This document shows, in pieces, positions 58,789 to 64,000 of a DNA stretch of 64,000 nt. Source of the DNA: the human T2T-CHM13v2.0 reference genome, Homo sapiens; NCBI RefSeq assembly GCF_009914755.1, contig NC_060925.1. One strand, 5' to 3'. Numbering within the stretch: position 1 is the first letter of the stretch; each line of letters starts with the position of its first letter. The translations under genes and the position numbers were made by a program. The notes beneath the pieces are model-generated. The model searched no databases. It saw nothing but the letters and a program-made list of their open reading frames with translations, and was not told the DNA's origin.

Positions 58789-60532
58789 GGTATATAAATA
58801 TGTAGATGACATAGATAATCATACATACATATGAATATATAAATATTTTATATAGTACATACATATATACATATACTCATATATACATATTCTTATATTA
58901 AATGTTATAATTACTATACAGCAAACTATCTGAAATCTAATGTTTGAAATTAGCCACATGTTGTTTTCTATTTTTTTCAGCTTAATAGCTGTAGAACATC
59001 ATCATCAACTTCAAGTCAAAGGCTAACATTTTACCTGACAGAGAAAGTTCTTGATCAAGGTTTGATTAATAAAGGAATCCAATGAAAACAGTTTAGTTAT
59101 CTGCAATGTTCTGAAACCATAAACATGAAAGACAAGCTGGTAAATTCTAAACCACCTTGCAGACTCTCTAAAGTGCCATGGTCTCATTATTGAAGAAACT
59201 AAAAACATGTACCACTTGACACTAAAGAAATCCAACATCACTGTTAGAAATAAGAGAATTGAAATTGTTAATGCTCTCACTTCCTTGAGAGAACAATGAC
59301 AGATTATGTGTTACATTCAAAACGGAAAATTATATCAATAGGCCAGGATGTCCTTTGGGAGAATGGCTGACAAAGCATAGTGTCAACATGCTTTCATCTC
59401 CAGACTCAGATTAAAGGTCAATAGCATACAAGATGTGTTCAGTGTGGTATATGACAATGGGACTGGAGGCTGCCACAGATGAGACATATAGCTTTTTCAA
59501 CAATCTCATCAGAATCCCCTTTGTGCCATAATTCACATCAAATATAAAGTTGGAGATGGCAGCAACGTGGCCCTAGAGTCACATAGTCTGATTTCATTTA
59601 AGTCACTGCAACTAGAAATGAGACCCATTGTCCTCAATATATGCAGAAAGATAGATGAGTAAGAAGGACCTCAAACAGTTCTAAAGGGCAAGCTGGGGGA
59701 AAGCAGAAGTCCTATGTCTCCTGCACAAGAAGAACTCCCAGTAAAACAAGTACCTACTGTTTGATGAGTAATGGGGCTAACTACTGGGAATAAGAATAAT
59801 TCAGATACAGTATAACTTATGCCTCAGAGAAGATCTCAGTCTAGAAGGCAGGACAGAAATATTTACCAAATCATTTCTATTAAACATGCTAAGTGTCAGA
59901 TAGAGATAGGGGGTCCCAGCAATACAGAAGGTTGAATTAAGTCACTTAGCAGTAGTGATGATAGGGGCACTGTCTTGGACTGGCCAAGAGTGAATCAGCA
60001 ACAGGAACTTCAAGCTCTTCAAGGAATGGCTGCTGCCAAGATCTCCATGAGCCCCCCTAGTGGGAAACAAACATCAGAAAGCTGTAGACTTTTATAACCA
60101 TCTGGTTACTTATGGAGTTTACATTTAAATTTAGTGAGTATCTCCTGAGTGCCAAGTACCAGGCTGGCCATGTTCATTAATATTTGTTTATCTTTTCTGG
60201 CTCACAGACTCAACTGCCAGTGTTATACATTAGTCAAGAGGATGAATTGTAAATAAATAACTAGGTAAAATAAATGATTATGGTATAATATAGCTGATTT
60301 GATATTCACATCAAGACTCAGGAGATGAGAATTATTAGCTCCATTCTATAGATGAGAAAATTGTGCCCCAGTGGGTAAGTGATTGCCCAAAGTCTGTTGG
60401 GCTAATAGCAGAGACAGAACATCATTCAGCAGATTTCCTGGCTCAAGTTCAGAATGCTTTCACTGAAAGTACCCTGATCCTCAGCAAACATTTCAGCAAC
60501 TTCTGTGTCTTCTTGCCACTTTGTACTATCAG

Positions 60533-60915
60533 TGTCTTAGCTTCAGCTGTGATAACAAAGCACCATAGACTGAGTGGCTTAAACAACAGAAACTAATTTT
60601 CTCATAGTTCAGCAGGCTGAGAAATCTAAGATCAAGGTTCTGGCTGATTTCTTCCTGGTGAGGACTGTTTTCCTGGCTTATAAACAGTAGCCTTTTCATT
60701 GTGTCCTCAAGTGGTGGAGAAAGACTAGAGAGATGTGTCTCTCTTTCTCTTCTTCTAAGGCCAGGGTACTACTGCATTACAGCCCCACTCTTAGAACTTC
60801 ATTTAACCTCGGTTACCTTCTAAAGACCCTGTTTCCAGATATGGTCACATTAGGGTTGAGGAATTCAACATACAATTTGGGAGTAGCGGATGGGGACACA
60901 ATTCAGTCTGTAGCA
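60533..60915 (-). mobile_element. MLT1A0-like MaLR solo LTR
   Basis: tgtcttagc...ccatagactgagtggcttaaacaacagaaa...ggggacacaattcagtctgtagca. Confidence 0.88.
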
Positions 60916-61236
60916 ATTGGCTCCTTGGGAACTATTAAGCCCCTTAAAACCATCTTCACTTCCCAGGGACAGACTTTTTTCTTCAAATCTGGCTTTCAAC
61001 CCTTTTCCCATCAAAGTTACTCTCTCGGGACTATTCCCTCATGTTTCTCTATTCATAAAGCCCACCCTTGGAATACCATCTTCTAAAACTATTTTTGCAT
61101 GGTAAGCTGAGTAGGTCTATTTTTCTCCTTTCCCACTTGAGAACCCAATATACTTATGATCAAGGAAAAAATAACAACTAAAGGTGGGAGGCCATGAGGA
61201 GATGAGAAATTTTGCAAATTTGCAAATATTCTGTAA

Positions 61237-61599
<363 letters not shown>

Positions 61600-62424
61600 T
61601 GATGTGAGAGGCACAGCAACCAAGGAGGCAGATGATCTGCCCAGCAGAATCCTTATGTGGTGCAAGGCACAAAGAGGGCTATTAAGAGGGAGGGTAGGAG
61701 TGAGAAGAGGGGAAGAGAAGAGGGAGCTAATTTGGAATGGAGCTACCTCTGACCTCACTTTTTCATCCACGTATACAGAATGAGTCAAAGCCACAGATTT
61801 CATCCAGTCATAACAAAACTGTAGGCCACTCTCTAAATAAATTGAGCAAATTATCTGAGAAGACTTATGTTGGCTGATGTGAGTTTTTGTGTCTCAGATA
61901 AAATTATTGGACATCTTGACACTCATGCTTAGTTTACAGTGTAGTCTGCCAGGTGGCAATCCCTGACCACATATTCAGAACTCCCAGGCAGCTTCTCTGT
62001 AGCCTCATTCTTTAATACAAATAGAAAGGCAAGACATTTGAGAAAAGCCAGAAATATGAAGGAGAGCTACCAAGATAATAGAAATAGGAAGAAGAGAAAA
62101 ACAGAGTCAGCAGAGATAATTTAGGACCTTCAAGGAAGTTTCTCAATCCTTTAATTTTTACCGCAGTGATTTGGTATCATAATTGTGTTAGTCTGAGCTG
62201 CTACAACAGAATACCATAAACTGGGTGACTGAAATGACAAACAAGTAATGTGATTTCAGAAAGAGAGAACTACATAAAGAAAACAAAGCACAGTGTTTGG
62301 GGACACTTGGGTTTTTGTCTTACCAACTGTGAGATTTCCTATACCTTTTTCATTAATTTCTAAAATGTTTTATGTTGGCAATCATAGTTTTAGTTTCCAA
62401 AAGCTCCTTCTTATTCTTTTTTCA

Positions 62425-62905
<481 letters not shown>

Positions 62906-63079
62906 TTAAGAATTCTAAAAATAGATAGCCTGGCCTAAAAGCAACCCATGGGGTATGAGTAGAGAAAAGTACATTGATTAAAGGAACAACAATTAGACTG
63001 ATACCAGGCTTTTCATCAGCAACATTGGATTCTGAGCAACAGTAAAGTGGGAAGACATTTTTGCCATTGAGCAGTAGCA

Positions 63080-63322
63080 CATCAGAGTGAAAAACGTGAG
63101 CATTGACTCTGCAGCCAGCTGCCCGTGCTCAAATCTGGTTCCTACTTAATAGCCATGTGACCTTGAACAAATAACTTCTTTTTGCCTTAGTTTCCTTCTC
63201 TATAAAAGGGAGATTTTAATAACCCCTACTTCAATGTTGCTATTAGAACTAAATGGATTATTTTCATAAAAACACTTAAAACAGAAAATGTTGCAAAGTA
63301 AGTCCTACCTAAGTCATTGCTA
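63080..63322 (+). mobile_element. MIR
   Basis: catgtgaccttgaacaaataactt...ccttagtttccttctctataaaagggagat. Confidence 0.75.
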
Positions 63323-63789
63323 AATAAATAAAAAACATTCCAGGACATAAGAGGTTTACTTCACTTGTACCCTTTCTTAGGAAATTACTTTAGGATGTAT
63401 ATGAGTCAAAGTAGTGATTTTGTTAGGATGCTTTTGGTAACGGGGAGCAGAATACCCAAGACAAGCTGACATAAAAAGAAGTAAGCCGATTCATTACTTT
63501 GCATAATGGTCGGGTTCGGGGAGTAGGCTAGAATTGTGGCGCAATGCAATCAGAGTTCCAGCTGTGCTCCTCAGTGGTTCTCTCAGTCAGTCTTCCCTGG
63601 ATGTCTCCTCGAGTTGGCTTCTCTCCTGGTTATAAGATGCCTGTGATAAGCATTGGTGGCTACATGATACTTCAGTAACAGCCGGGGGAGGAGTATGACT
63701 TGCTTTAAACATTGTCCTAAAGTCATAGGCTTTCCACTGAGTAGGCCACCCTCATGTCCAGGGGGATGCACAGCCTGATTGGGTTAGAC

Positions 63790-64000
63790 CTTTGAAGAGA
63801 GTTGGGGACATAGTCCCTAACAATGCCCTCAAATCTGACACCAATTGCAAGTTTGTGAGATTTTCAAGACTACCCTCAGTTTCAATAATTCTCTAGAAGG
63901 TCTCACAGAATTAGAGGAAAGCTGTTATATTCATGATTATTACAGGAAAAAGATATAGATTAAAATTAGCCACAGGAAAAGTCCAAGAGAGCTCCAGACT
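63790..64000 (-). mobile_element. MER21-like LTR, cut by the window end
   Basis: tctgacaccaattgcaag...caagactaccctcagtttcaataattctctagaaggtctcacagaa...gaaagctgttatattcatg. Confidence 0.7.

Noticed and set aside
60049-60064. CTCF-like motif (also about 30947-30962)
   Set aside because: Both miss the conserved C after the GG core; too weak without data

Overview
Primate, human-like, AT-rich non-coding genomic DNA (a large intron or gene desert). I recognise no protein-coding exon, RNA gene, CpG island or prokaryotic system. Much of the window is interspersed repeats: 13 dimeric Alus plus one FLAM, L1M 3' fragments, many L2/MIR/L3 relics, MaLR/ERVL/ERV1 LTRs, hAT MITEs and microsatellites. Family names come from recalled consensus sequences, not from a RepeatMasker run, and boundaries of old repeats are approximate. 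The most striking structure is an ungapped 281-bp inverted repeat (46161-46441 vs 48140-48420, 17 mismatches, with an 81-bp perfect block) around a 1.7-kb spacer; it is a candidate inversion or gene-conversion substrate. Other items: a cluster of near-consensus + strand exons at 37.7-38.9 kb (candidate lncRNA), a candidate - strand terminal exon near 45 kb, several unusual retroelement junctions, and repeat-poor blocks with HOX/TALE and nuclear-receptor motifs that look like enhancers. I cannot support a claim of a wholly new biological system.
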